Origin: an uncultured Erysipelotrichaceae bacterium
GTDB taxonomy: Bacteria > Bacillota_I > Bacilli_A > Erysipelotrichales > Erysipelotrichaceae
Length of the DNA: 7,101 nucleotides
Direction of reading: 5' to 3'
Assembly: GCA_964401865.1 (NCBI GenBank)
Contig: CAYNZZ010000024.1
Coordinates: 1-7,101, forward strand
Shown here piece after piece: positions 1 to 6,856 of this stretch (positions are counted from its first letter, which is position 1; each line of letters starts with the position of its first letter). The notes beneath the pieces are model-generated. The model searched no databases. It was not told where the DNA came from and saw only the letters and a program-made list of their open reading frames with translations. Position numbers and translations under genes: made by a program.

Positions 1-927
1 TCATCTTTGCATCTACTACAAAGTGCATTGAGAAATGTTTTGGGTACACACATTGCTCAGGCTGGTTCATATGTATGTGATAGTTATGCGAGATTTGATT
101 TTACACATTTTGAAAAGATTGCTTATGAGGATTTATTAAAGATTGAAGAATTAGTCAATTCTTATATTAATGCCGAATATGAAGTAAGAACCGATGTTTT
201 ATCTATTGATGAAGCAAAGAAAACTGATGCAATTGCTCTGTTTGATGAAAAATACGAAGATGAAGTTCGTGTAGTATCAATGGGAGATGTATCTAAGGAG
301 TTCTGTGGTGGTACGCATGTATCCAATACCTCAAAACTCGGAAGTTTTAAGATTGTTTCTGAAGAATCTGTTGGTTCTGGTATTCGTCGTATTGAATGTG
401 CAACTAAAATGAATGCATATGAATATGCACAGAGTGAAAATCGATTATTAAATAAAATAAAAGATCAATTAAATCTTAAAAATATTAATGCTATTTATGA
501 TAAAGTCGTTTCAATATTGAATGAGCAAAGCAATTTGAACAGCGAAATAAGAAAATTAAAAGAAAAATTACTTAATTCTGAAGCAGATGGTGTTATTGGT
601 AACGCCAAAGAAAAAGATGGCAAGAAATATCTAATTATCAAACTAAATAATAGTAATCAGAATTTGAAGGATTATGCGACAACTTTGCAGAACAAATTAA
701 ATGGCTTGGTGTTCATTGTTAATGAAAGTGATGATAAGTATTCTTTTGTGGCATCTTGCAACAAAGAGTGGATAGATAGCGGTATTAAAGCTAATAACTT
801 AGTGAAATTTGCAAGTTCATTAGCCGATGGCAAAGGCGGCGGTAAAGATGATTTAGCTCAAGCTGGTGGCAAGAATCTTGGCAACGTTGATGAAATTATT
901 AAAAAGCTAGAAAATGAAGTCCTATAG
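1..927 (+). CDS. alaS: Alanine--tRNA ligase, C-terminal ~308 aa (5' end lies outside the window): editing domain, coiled-coil linker, C-Ala/DHHA1-like domain
   Basis: The frame is open from nt 1 (SSLHLLQSALRNVLGTH...), so the TTG at 7 is not a start. Editing-domain zinc motifs are present: (H)xxxH at the window edge and FCGGTHV. The stretch RFDFTHFE...ALFDEKYEDEVRVVSMG...GIRRIE is collinear with E. coli and B. subtilis AlaRS. The C-terminal GKGGGKDDLAQAGG motif is typical of the C-Ala domain. Stop TAG at 925-927. Confidence 0.95.
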   Translation, partial: SSLHLLQSALRNVLGTHIAQAGSYVCDSYARFDFTHFEKIAYEDLLKIEELVNSYINAEYEVRTDVLSIDEAKKTDAIALFDEKYEDEVRVVSMGDVSKEFCGGTHVSNTSKLGSFKIVSEESVGSGIRRIECATKMNAYEYAQSENRLLNKIKDQLNLKNINAIYDKVVSILNEQSNLNSEIRKLKEKLLNSEADGVIGNAKEKDGKKYLIIKLNNSNQNLKDYATTLQNKLNGLVFIVNESDDKYSFVASCNKEWIDSGIKANNLVKFASSLADGKGGGKDDLAQAGGKNLGNVDEIIKKLENEVL

Positions 928-937
928 ACTTCATTTT
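911..937 (+). terminator. Perfect 11-bp hairpin enclosing the alaS stop codon; weak intrinsic terminator or attenuator candidate
   Basis: aaaatgaagtc (911-921), loop ctata (922-926), gacttcatttt (927-937), followed by aatttatt. Only 3 G/C pairs. The T-run is short and lies mostly inside the stem. Confidence 0.35.
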
Positions 938-980
938 AATTTATTAGTGGTGTAAAATTATTAAAAGGGAGGTGCAAGAT

Positions 981-1235
981 ATGACCAATGAATCTCATAC
1001 TGTACTATTTAGTCAGCAAGATATAAGACGTGAAAATCTTAAACAATTATTAAAATCTGTAGAAAATGCACTTAATGAAAGAGGATATAATGCGGTTAAT
1101 CAAATTTCTGGATATTTGATTTCTAATGACCCCGCATATATTTCGAGTCATAAAAATGCCCGCTCAAATATTCAACAAGTTGAACGTTACGAAATTATCG
1201 AAGAATTAGTGCGTTTCTATTTGGAGAGTAAATAG
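981..1235 (+). CDS. ireB: IreB-family regulatory phosphoprotein (UPF0297/DUF965; B. subtilis YrzL homologue), 84 aa
   Basis: GYNAVNQISGYLISNDPAYISSHKNARSNIQQVERYEIIEELVRFYL closely matches the YrzL/IreB core ([20 protein letters not shown]...ELIEELV). GGAGG at 968-972 lies 8 nt before ATG 981, so the track's GTG at 972 sits inside the SD and is unlikely to be the start. Stop TAG at 1233-1235. Confidence 0.9.
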   Translation: MTNESHTVLFSQQDIRRENLKQLLKSVENALNERGYNAVNQISGYLISNDPAYISSHKNARSNIQQVERYEIIEELVRFYLESK

Positions 1236-1661
1236 ATGCGTGTACTTGGCTTAGATTTAGGGAGTCGCACATTAGGGATTGCACTTTCAGATTCAAACGA
1301 AAGTATTGCGATGATGAAGGAAACTCATCGCTTTAGTGATGATGATTATGAAAGTGCTCTTTTTAAGACTTTAGAGTATATCGACAAATACAAGATTAAA
1401 ACGGTTGTATTGGGGTTGCCTAAACATATGAATGGTGATGTCGGAATTCGAGGCGAGATTTCGATTGAATTTAAAAAGATGATAGAAGATGAAAGAGATG
1501 TTGAAGTTGTGTTATGGGATGAACGCTTGACAACTTCGATGGCTTTACACACGCTTGCATCTTTGAATAGCTCGAGCAAAAATAGAAAAAATAAAGTTGA
1601 TCAAATTGCAGCTTTAAATATTTTGCAGTCTTACTTAGACAATAAGAAACGAGGAAATTGA
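1236..1661 (+). CDS. ruvX: Putative pre-16S rRNA nuclease / Holliday-junction-resolvase-like protein YqgF (RuvX), 141 aa
   Basis: N-terminal MRVLGLDLGSRTLGIALSD is the YqgF/RuvX signature (B. subtilis YrrK: MRILGLDLGTKTLGVALSD). Also GLPKHMNGDxG and WDERLTT motifs. The ATG directly follows the ireB stop (TAGATG). GGAGAG at 1223-1228. Stop TGA at 1659-1661. Confidence 0.92.
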   Translation: MRVLGLDLGSRTLGIALSDSNESIAMMKETHRFSDDDYESALFKTLEYIDKYKIKTVVLGLPKHMNGDVGIRGEISIEFKKMIEDERDVEVVLWDERLTTSMALHTLASLNSSSKNRKNKVDQIAALNILQSYLDNKKRGN

Positions 1662-1901
1662 ATGGATAATACTATATACATAATCGATGACAATGGACAA
1701 GAAGTGGAAATGAAAATCCTTTTTACTTGTGAAATTGAAGAAAAGAAATATGTAATTGTTTATGAAGGTTACAATGATGAGGATTTATATGCTTTTACAT
1801 ATGATAACGATGGCAATTTAATCGCTGTTGATGACCAGGAAATGTCAATGATTGAAGAAGTTATTGCAGCATTTGATGGTGAAGACGATGAAGAAAACTA
1901 A
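1662..1901 (+). CDS. yrzB: DUF1292 family small acidic protein (B. subtilis YrzB-like), 79 aa
   Basis: The pattern I.IIDDNGQEVEMKILFTCE...KKYVIVYEG...DLYAFTYDNDGNLIAVDDQEMSMIEEVIAAF is the DUF1292 consensus, with an acidic tail. It holds the conserved position after ruvX. ATG abuts the ruvX TGA (TGAATG). GAGGA at 1651-1655. Confidence 0.88.
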   Translation: MDNTIYIIDDNGQEVEMKILFTCEIEEKKYVIVYEGYNDEDLYAFTYDNDGNLIAVDDQEMSMIEEVIAAFDGEDDEEN

Positions 1902-2943
1902 AGTTACATTAATATCTTTATTATTAGTTATAATCATCTTTTTAACAGCAGTTTTTTTGTTTACCACTAATGGCATTAAGGTAAATAAGGTTCCTGAAAA
2001 CACAGTTATAAATATCGAAAAAACTATGGGCTCAAAAGATGTATTTGAAGAACTTGAAAAATTAGGAGTGATTAATAACGGCGATGTAGCTTATTATTAT
2101 TCACGTTTTATGTATAAATCGGATTTTAAAGCCGGTTCATATTATGTTCCTAATAGTGATGATATCAAAGAGCTAATTGATTATCTGAGTAATGCTAGTA
2201 ATGCCATTTCCAATACCTGCACTATCACATTTATTGAGGGCGATTGGATGAAAGATTTTGCTAATAAATTTGCACAAAATACTGATTTGTCTGTTGAAGA
2301 ATTATTTGCATATTGGGATGATGAGGAAGTACTTTTGACTTTGATTGATGAATATGAATTTCTAACTGATGAGATTTTAAATGAGAATATTCGCCATCCT
2401 TTAGAAGGTTACTTTTTTCCTGAGACATATGAGTTTTATATCGAAACTACACCAGAGGCGGTTACCAAAAGACTTTTGGATCAAACAGAATTGATTTACA
2501 AAAAATACGAGGAACAGATTAAAAACTCAAATTTATCAGTTCACGAAATATTTACTCTCGCTAGTGTCGTCCAATATGAAGCCGGCAATATTGATGATAT
2601 GAGAGGAGTGGCTGGAGTATTCTTTAACCGTTTAAATGATGGAATGAGACTTCAAAGCTCAGTAACTGTATGTTATGCCATTGACATCGAACCAGATGAG
2701 GATTGGGTAGCTTGTGAAATCAATTCCGACTATGATAATCCTTACAATACTTATATGAATGATGGATTACCACCAGGACCAATCTTAAATCCAGGTGAAG
2801 AAGCTATTTCGGCTGTCTTAAATCCAGAATCTAATGACTATTATTATTTTATTGGTGATGTTTGTAGTGATGGGACTGTTTATTTTGCCAGCACTTACGA
2901 AGAACACTTAGCTAATGTGGATAAATATTTATGGTGTTATTAA
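1888..2943 (+). CDS. mltG: Endolytic murein transglycosylase MltG (YceG-like), N-terminal TM anchor, ~351 aa
   Basis: [25 protein letters not shown] forms a TM helix. YceG catalytic region: [10 protein letters not shown] (Glu codon 2578-2580), [47 protein letters not shown]. Start chosen at ATG 1888, with GGTGA at 1878-1882. ATG 1876 or 1852 are possible but would add non-conserved residues and a longer overlap with the upstream gene. Confidence 0.9.
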   Translation: MKKTKVTLISLLLVIIIFLTAVFLFTTNGIKVNKVPENTVINIEKTMGSKDVFEELEKLGVINNGDVAYYYSRFMYKSDFKAGSYYVPNSDDIKELIDYLSNASNAISNTCTITFIEGDWMKDFANKFAQNTDLSVEELFAYWDDEEVLLTLIDEYEFLTDEILNENIRHPLEGYFFPETYEFYIETTPEAVTKRLLDQTELIYKKYEEQIKNSNLSVHEIFTLASVVQYEAGNIDDMRGVAGVFFNRLNDGMRLQSSVTVCYAIDIEPDEDWVACEINSDYDNPYNTYMNDGLPPGPILNPGEEAISAVLNPESNDYYYFIGDVCSDGTVYFASTYEEHLANVDKYLWCY

Positions 2944-3572
2944 ATAAACCGATAATTATTGGAGTAGCTGGTGGTAGTGCTAGTGGTAAAACTTCTCTGT
3001 CGAAGAAATTATATTCAACATTTGAAAAGACTAGTTCGGTAATAATTATTAATGAAGATGATTATTATAAAGATCAGTCAAATATACCTTTAGAAGAGCG
3101 TACCAAAACCAATTACGATCATCCTTTTGCTTTCGATCATGACTTACTTATTGAACATCTAAACATGCTTATTAATGGTTTTGAAATCAAAAAACCGACA
3201 TATGATTATACAGTTCATAACAGAAGCGATATATACCAAAGAGTAATGCCTAGTGATGTTATAATCTTGGAAGGATTATTTGTTTTAGAAAACAAAACAC
3301 TTAGAGAGATGATGGATATCAAATTATTTGTTGATACACCGAGCGATGTTAGGTTTATAAGACGTCTTGTAAGAGATTTAAAGGAACGTGGTAGAAGCTT
3401 AGACTCTATAATTAATCAATATTTGAAAGTTGTTCGTGTAATGCACGATGAATATGTCGAGCCATCAAAGAAATATGCTGACTTAATTATTCCTGAGGGC
3501 GGTCAAAATAAGGTGGCTATTGATATATTGACTACTAAAATCAGTAGTATTATTAGTGAAAAAATGCTATAA
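2931..3572 (+). CDS. udk: Uridine kinase, 213 aa
   Basis: P-loop [14 protein letters not shown], plus [82 protein letters not shown]. Collinear with E. coli and B. subtilis Udk over the full length. ATG 2931 overlaps the mltG 3' end by 13 nt. Confidence 0.95.
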   Translation: MVLLNKPIIIGVAGGSASGKTSLSKKLYSTFEKTSSVIIINEDDYYKDQSNIPLEERTKTNYDHPFAFDHDLLIEHLNMLINGFEIKKPTYDYTVHNRSDIYQRVMPSDVIILEGLFVLENKTLREMMDIKLFVDTPSDVRFIRRLVRDLKERGRSLDSIINQYLKVVRVMHDEYVEPSKKYADLIIPEGGQNKVAIDILTTKISSIISEKML

Positions 3573-3573
3573 T
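3565..3573 (+). promoter_or_regulatory. Candidate extended -10 promoter element (TGcTATAAT) for greA, embedded in the last codons of udk
   Basis: tgctataat at 3565-3573 is a perfect TGnTATAAT, ~25 nt upstream of the greA ATG. No convincing -35 is present (tagtat at 17-bp spacing). In AT-rich DNA such matches can arise by chance. Confidence 0.3.
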
Positions 3574-3597
3574 TTTAGCGTTGATTTGGAGGAAATA

Positions 3598-4062
3598 ATG
3601 GAAGATAAATTATATATAACCGAAGAGGGTTTAGCTGATTTAAAAAATGAACTCGATGAATTGATTCATATAACTCGTAATGAGGTAATTGAAGAACTAA
3701 AATCTGCACGTGCACAAGGCGACTTGTCAGAAAACGCTGATTATGATGCTGCCAGAGATCGTCAAGCTCAAGTTGAATCTCGTATTAAAGAACTTGAACA
3801 TATGATTAGAAATGTCGAAATTATCGAAGGTGGTAAGAATTCTAAGTATGTTCGTTTGGGCTCTACTGTTACATTAGAAGAATTAGATACTCATAATATT
3901 TTAACTTACACTATTGTTGGTAGCATTGAATCTGATCCGTTAAATGGTAAGTTATCAAACGAAACGCCTTTAGCTAATGCGATATTTGATCAAAAAGTTG
4001 GTTCTGTTGTTTCTGTTGAATCAGAAGTACCATACCAAGTAAAGATTATTTCAGTTAAATAG
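3598..4062 (+). CDS. greA: Transcription elongation factor GreA, 154 aa
   Basis: ITEEGLADLKNELDEL...R.EVIEELKSARAQGDLSENADYDAARDRQAQVESRIKELE is the N-terminal coiled-coil with acidic tip residues. The C-terminal globular domain is present (VRLGSTVTLEELD...YTIVGS.ESDP..GKLSNETPLANA). GGAGG at 3588-3592 lies 5 nt before ATG 3598. The track's GTG 3556 start overlaps udk and adds non-GreA residues. Confidence 0.95.
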   Translation: MEDKLYITEEGLADLKNELDELIHITRNEVIEELKSARAQGDLSENADYDAARDRQAQVESRIKELEHMIRNVEIIEGGKNSKYVRLGSTVTLEELDTHNILTYTIVGSIESDPLNGKLSNETPLANAIFDQKVGSVVSVESEVPYQVKIISVK

Positions 4063-4082
4063 GATTATTTAAAATAATTGTT

Positions 4083-4115
4083 AAAAATAAGTGGAGGATA
4101 TCTACTTATTTTTTT
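4083..4115 (+). terminator. Rho-independent terminator candidate downstream of greA
   Basis: 13-bp stem aaaaataagtgga (4083-4095) / tctacttattttt (4101-4113), including one G-U pair, with loop ggata (4096-4100). The T-run 4109-4115 partly extends beyond the stem. The upstream A-tract gives a bidirectional-type architecture. The stem is AT-rich, so stability is modest. Confidence 0.55.
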
Positions 4116-4733
4116 ATGAAGAAATTATTTGTTTTTTTAATATTTGTAGTTTGTTGCTCATCTATTTACTTATATAAGGTTATTGATGAAAAGAACTATT
4201 ATACTTTACCAAGTCATGATGATTTTTTTATAATTCAGATAAAAGATCTAGAAGAGATTGATAAAAATACTTTTAATATAAACAATTATTTTAAAATTAT
4301 AAGTATTGAAAGTTATTCGCTTAGATATGAATTTATTGACGATATTTTAAAAATAACTATTATCAGTACAAACAAAAAAGAAGATGTGTTTGAATTTAAA
4401 GTAAGTTTTATGGCAGAAAAAATAGTGGAAAGAATAATTTATAAGGAAAAAGAAATTCCTATCCACAATGAAGGTTTTAATGAAGACAGAGCCATACCTA
4501 ATGATTCAAGAATTAAAACGTTCGATGAGTTTTACTTCGAAGGATATAAAGATATCGCAATTCCTTTAAATTCGTCACTCGAAGAATTGGTATACCAGTT
4601 ATCGAAAGATATTGTAAGCAATGCAAATGTTACGATTTATTATGCTGATGTAAATTTATCAAAAACAGGCATATATACAGTTACTTATTTTGTTAATGAA
4701 AGAACATATCAAATAAATGTAAATGTTTACTGA
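4116..4733 (+). CDS. Hypothetical exported or membrane-anchored protein with C-terminal bacterial Ig-like (DUF5011/Big_3-like) motif, 205 aa
   Basis: N-terminus MKKLFVFLIFVVCCSSIYLY is a hydrophobic signal or anchor, with Cys residues in a non-canonical lipobox context. C-terminus IAIPLNSS...VSNANVTIYYADVNLSKTGIYTVTYFVNERTYQINVNV resembles the V-D-x-S-K-x-G-x-Y-x-V-x-Y pattern of DUF5011/Ig-like surface domains. I recognise no family for the middle part. There is no SD at normal spacing. Stop TGA at 4731-4733, followed by TAG. Confidence 0.7.
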   Translation: MKKLFVFLIFVVCCSSIYLYKVIDEKNYYTLPSHDDFFIIQIKDLEEIDKNTFNINNYFKIISIESYSLRYEFIDDILKITIISTNKKEDVFEFKVSFMAEKIVERIIYKEKEIPIHNEGFNEDRAIPNDSRIKTFDEFYFEGYKDIAIPLNSSLEELVYQLSKDIVSNANVTIYYADVNLSKTGIYTVTYFVNERTYQINVNVY

Positions 4734-4780
4734 TAGGATAATTCAATTTAACCATCAATAATAAATTGGAGGTTAAGAAA

Positions 4781-4849
4781 ATGAGGATTAAATTAATAAT
4801 AATATTGATTGTGTTGGCATTGCTATCATTTTCAAATAGTATTTTAAGC
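4781..4849 (+). other. Predicted Sec signal peptide of the large surface protein
   Basis: Basic N-terminus (MRIK), a hydrophobic core (LIIILIVLALLSF), small residues (SNSILS), then an acidic run EEEES. No lipobox Cys at the cleavage region. Confidence 0.7.
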
Positions 4850-6856
4850 GAAGAAGAAGAATCGTGTGAATATGATAATGGTTGGAATTATGTTTCTTTG
4901 AATAAAAAATTAGATAATAGCGAACTCATAATGGCTAAATTTTATTCAGATAATGGTGATATAGGTTTTTGTATGGAACCTACTGTAAAATTTTTAAAGT
5001 GTGGAGAATACTTTAACGAAAACTATAGTAAAGAAAATATTGAAGAAGTGACTAAAGTAATCAGTGCTTATCGTAACTTGCATGGTGATGACAATTTATA
5101 TATAGCTGCCCAATTAATGATATGGGATATAATTGGTCAAAGACAAAGCGTAGATGGTGATATAGGATATGCTTACGGAAGAGAAGAAATTGAAAAATAC
5201 ATTAAAACCAATTATCAATCATTTAAACCAAAAATGGATAGCTTTCAAGAAATAGAGTTAGGAAAAGAATACGCATTGAATGATGACAATAATCTTATTC
5301 AAGAGCACTATAAAGCTGTTGGTAGTGGATTCGATTATCTAGAAATTCAAGACAATCAAGTACACTTTAGTACCAGTGATATTTACCCAATTATTAAAGA
5401 AATAAAACTAAATCCCAAGGTTTCAACAAGAGAAATATTGAGCAGAGATTCAATTATATATGTATCTGATACTTCGCAGAATATTATAAAATTTAATAGT
5501 TCTTTTCCAATTTCTTATGAACCGATAATCATCAAGGTTAAGCATAAGACCGGTGATTTAATTGTAAATAAAATGGACGAATGGGGTAATTATATCAGTG
5601 GTGAAGCAACGTTTCATCTTTATAAAAGTATTAAAGAGGAAGACAGCTTTATATTGGGGGAAGAGATATTTACAGAAAATGGAAATCTATGGACAACTAA
5701 TGATTCGATTTTAAAAATCGAAGGCATTTTGCCTGCTGGTTATTATTTTTTGCAAGAAGAATCAGCAGAAGGATATAAAACCTTAAAAGATCCAGTTTTG
5801 TTTGAAATAGTTAATGATAATATTACGGCATTTAATTTATATAATGAAAATGAAGATGTGAGTATGGAAATACGCAAAACCAATACTAATGGCGAGAAGA
5901 TATACGGAGCAGAATTTACAATTTACGATATATCCTCGACACTAGATAGCGATGGTTCAGACACAATTATAGGCACAGGCATTGAAGATATTATAGTTGG
6001 CGAAAATAACAATCTCCAGTTTCAAGGTGATGAATTATATAAAAAAGAAAACATATATTTAATTAAGAGCGATGCAGAAATCGCAATTAATTCTCTTTTA
6101 ATCGATAAAACATATGATGGACCAGTTGATATTAGACTATCTAACGATTTAATTGTTCGACAGTTAGATAATGATTACTTAAAAGCACTGAAATGTGGTT
6201 ATGTTGAATTTGAGATATATAAGGGACAGTATCCAAAGATATATGTCATGCAGTCTTTTGGAAATTATAAAGTTTTTGATGAAGATGACAATGATATAAC
6301 TGCCGAGTTTTCGATTAGTGAAATAGATGATTACATATCTTTTAAAAATAATAAACTCCCATATTCTTTGAGTTTTAGTATTCCAATGAACGAAAGTGAT
6401 AGATATCTACATAAAGCTGCTATAAATTTTTCCGTGAATAAAAACGAGCTTTTAAATAAAGGGCGTATTTATGTAATGGATGAATTAGATGTTGATTATA
6501 AAATGATTACAGGTTTAAAAATATATCAAAATACTACATTCGATTCTAAAATACAAATTCAAAATATAAAGAATCACAATTTATTTTTAGCTAACTACGA
6601 TGTAAAAATATATACTGACAAAGATGTGCTTTATAGAACACTTAGATCTGATGAAAATGGTAATATTGATGTCAATGATTTTGAAGTAGGCGAATACTAT
6701 TATGAAATCAATGGTATAAAAAAGTATTTTACAATTCCTTTATCAAACGAAAGCCTTACATACGATGGTTTGAAATATGCAAGAGATTATATGATATGTG
6801 AGACCAAAACGCCAAATGGTTATGATTATGTATCTGACCCCATGTCAATTTATTAG
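4781..6856 (+). CDS. Large secreted surface protein, as-read N-terminal 691 aa: signal peptide, Cys/Gln-motif N-terminal domain (possible thioester domain), Cna-B/SpaA-like stalk modules. The reading frame is interrupted at its 3' end.
   Basis: GGAGG at 4768-4772 lies 8 nt before ATG 4781, so the track's TTG 4766 sits inside the SD. MRIKLIIILIVLALLSFSNSILS is followed by an EEEE run, consistent with a signal peptide. Cna-B/SpaA-like patterns: GDLIVNKMDEWGNYISGEATFHLY...LPAGYYFLQEESAEGYKTLKDPVLFEI, then IRKTNTNGEKIYGAEFTIYD, then YDVKIYTD...SDENGNIDVNDFEVGEYYYEI...ICETKTPNGYDYVSDP. It ends in TAG at 6854-6856 in mid-domain. Confidence 0.8.
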   Translation: MRIKLIIILIVLALLSFSNSILSEEEESCEYDNGWNYVSLNKKLDNSELIMAKFYSDNGDIGFCMEPTVKFLKCGEYFNENYSKENIEEVTKVISAYRNLHGDDNLYIAAQLMIWDIIGQRQSVDGDIGYAYGREEIEKYIKTNYQSFKPKMDSFQEIELGKEYALNDDNNLIQEHYKAVGSGFDYLEIQDNQVHFSTSDIYPIIKEIKLNPKVSTREILSRDSIIYVSDTSQNIIKFNSSFPISYEPIIIKVKHKTGDLIVNKMDEWGNYISGEATFHLYKSIKEEDSFILGEEIFTENGNLWTTNDSILKIEGILPAGYYFLQEESAEGYKTLKDPVLFEIVNDNITAFNLYNENEDVSMEIRKTNTNGEKIYGAEFTIYDISSTLDSDGSDTIIGTGIEDIIVGENNNLQFQGDELYKKENIYLIKSDAEIAINSLLIDKTYDGPVDIRLSNDLIVRQLDNDYLKALKCGYVEFEIYKGQYPKIYVMQSFGNYKVFDEDDNDITAEFSISEIDDYISFKNNKLPYSLSFSIPMNESDRYLHKAAINFSVNKNELLNKGRIYVMDELDVDYKMITGLKIYQNTTFDSKIQIQNIKNHNLFLANYDVKIYTDKDVLYRTLRSDENGNIDVNDFEVGEYYYEINGIKKYFTIPLSNESLTYDGLKYARDYMICETKTPNGYDYVSDPMSIY
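5546..5851 (+). other. Cna-B/SpaA-like (prealbumin-fold) stalk module 1
   Basis: KTGDLIVNKMDEWGNYISGEATFHLYK...ENGNLWTTNDSILKIEGILPAGYYFLQEESAEGYKTLKDPVLFEIVNDNITAFNLYNEN. First-strand Lys, G-A-x-F-x-L-Y, the L-x-x-G-x-Y-x-L-x-E-x-x-A-P/E-x-G-Y pattern, and a terminal x-N-x strand. Confidence 0.7.

Noticed and set aside
948-960. Promoter-like tgtaaaat upstream of ireB
   Set aside because: The -10-like taaaat has the TG directly adjacent (wrong register for an extended -10) and no -35. It would leave a leader of only ~15-20 nt. Not distinguishable from background in this composition.
1346-1579. 77-aa ORF on the minus strand
   Set aside because: It lies entirely antisense within the well-supported ruvX CDS. 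Its product is low-complexity and Ser/Ile-rich with no recognisable motif, RBS or promoter. Spurious ORFs of this kind are typical opposite a real gene in AT-rich DNA.
1659-1661. Possibility of Mollicutes code 4 (TGA = Trp), given the very low GC
   Set aside because: TGA ends ruvX at the family-typical length, immediately before the next gene's ATG. TGA also ends the 205-aa ORF, followed by TAG. The Trp positions I checked in conserved proteins are TGG. Code 11 fits.
1852-1887. Longer N-terminal extensions suggested by the ORF track (mltG from 1852, ireB from GTG 972, greA from GTG 3556, adhesin from TTG 4766)
   Set aside because: In each case a downstream ATG is preceded by a GGAGG/GGTGA SD at 5-8 nt. 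That ATG gives an N-terminus matching the family (TM helix, GreA MEDKLYITEEG, signal peptide MRIK...). The longer forms start inside the SD or overlap the upstream gene with non-conserved residues.
981-1901. Toxin-antitoxin-like appearance of three small abutting genes (84, 141 and 79 aa; an RNase-H/nuclease-fold protein next to small acidic proteins)
   Set aside because: All three are confidently assignable to universally conserved Bacillota housekeeping families (IreB/YrzL, RuvX/YqgF, DUF1292/YrzB). They sit in their canonical syntenic position after alaS.
4064-4078. AT-only dyad attattt-a-aaataat just after the greA stop, as a possible operator
   Set aside because: It is 7-bp arms of pure A/T in an AT-rich intergenic region, so chance occurrence is likely. 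It cannot form a hairpin (1-nt centre), and there is no second copy or associated regulator in the window.
4137-4160. Lipoprotein lipobox in MKKLFVFLIFVVCCSS
   Set aside because: Residues preceding either Cys (F-V-V-C or V-V-C-C) do not fit L-[ASTVI]-[GAS]-C. I keep the call as a generic signal or anchor. Lipidation cannot be asserted without LipoP or experiment.
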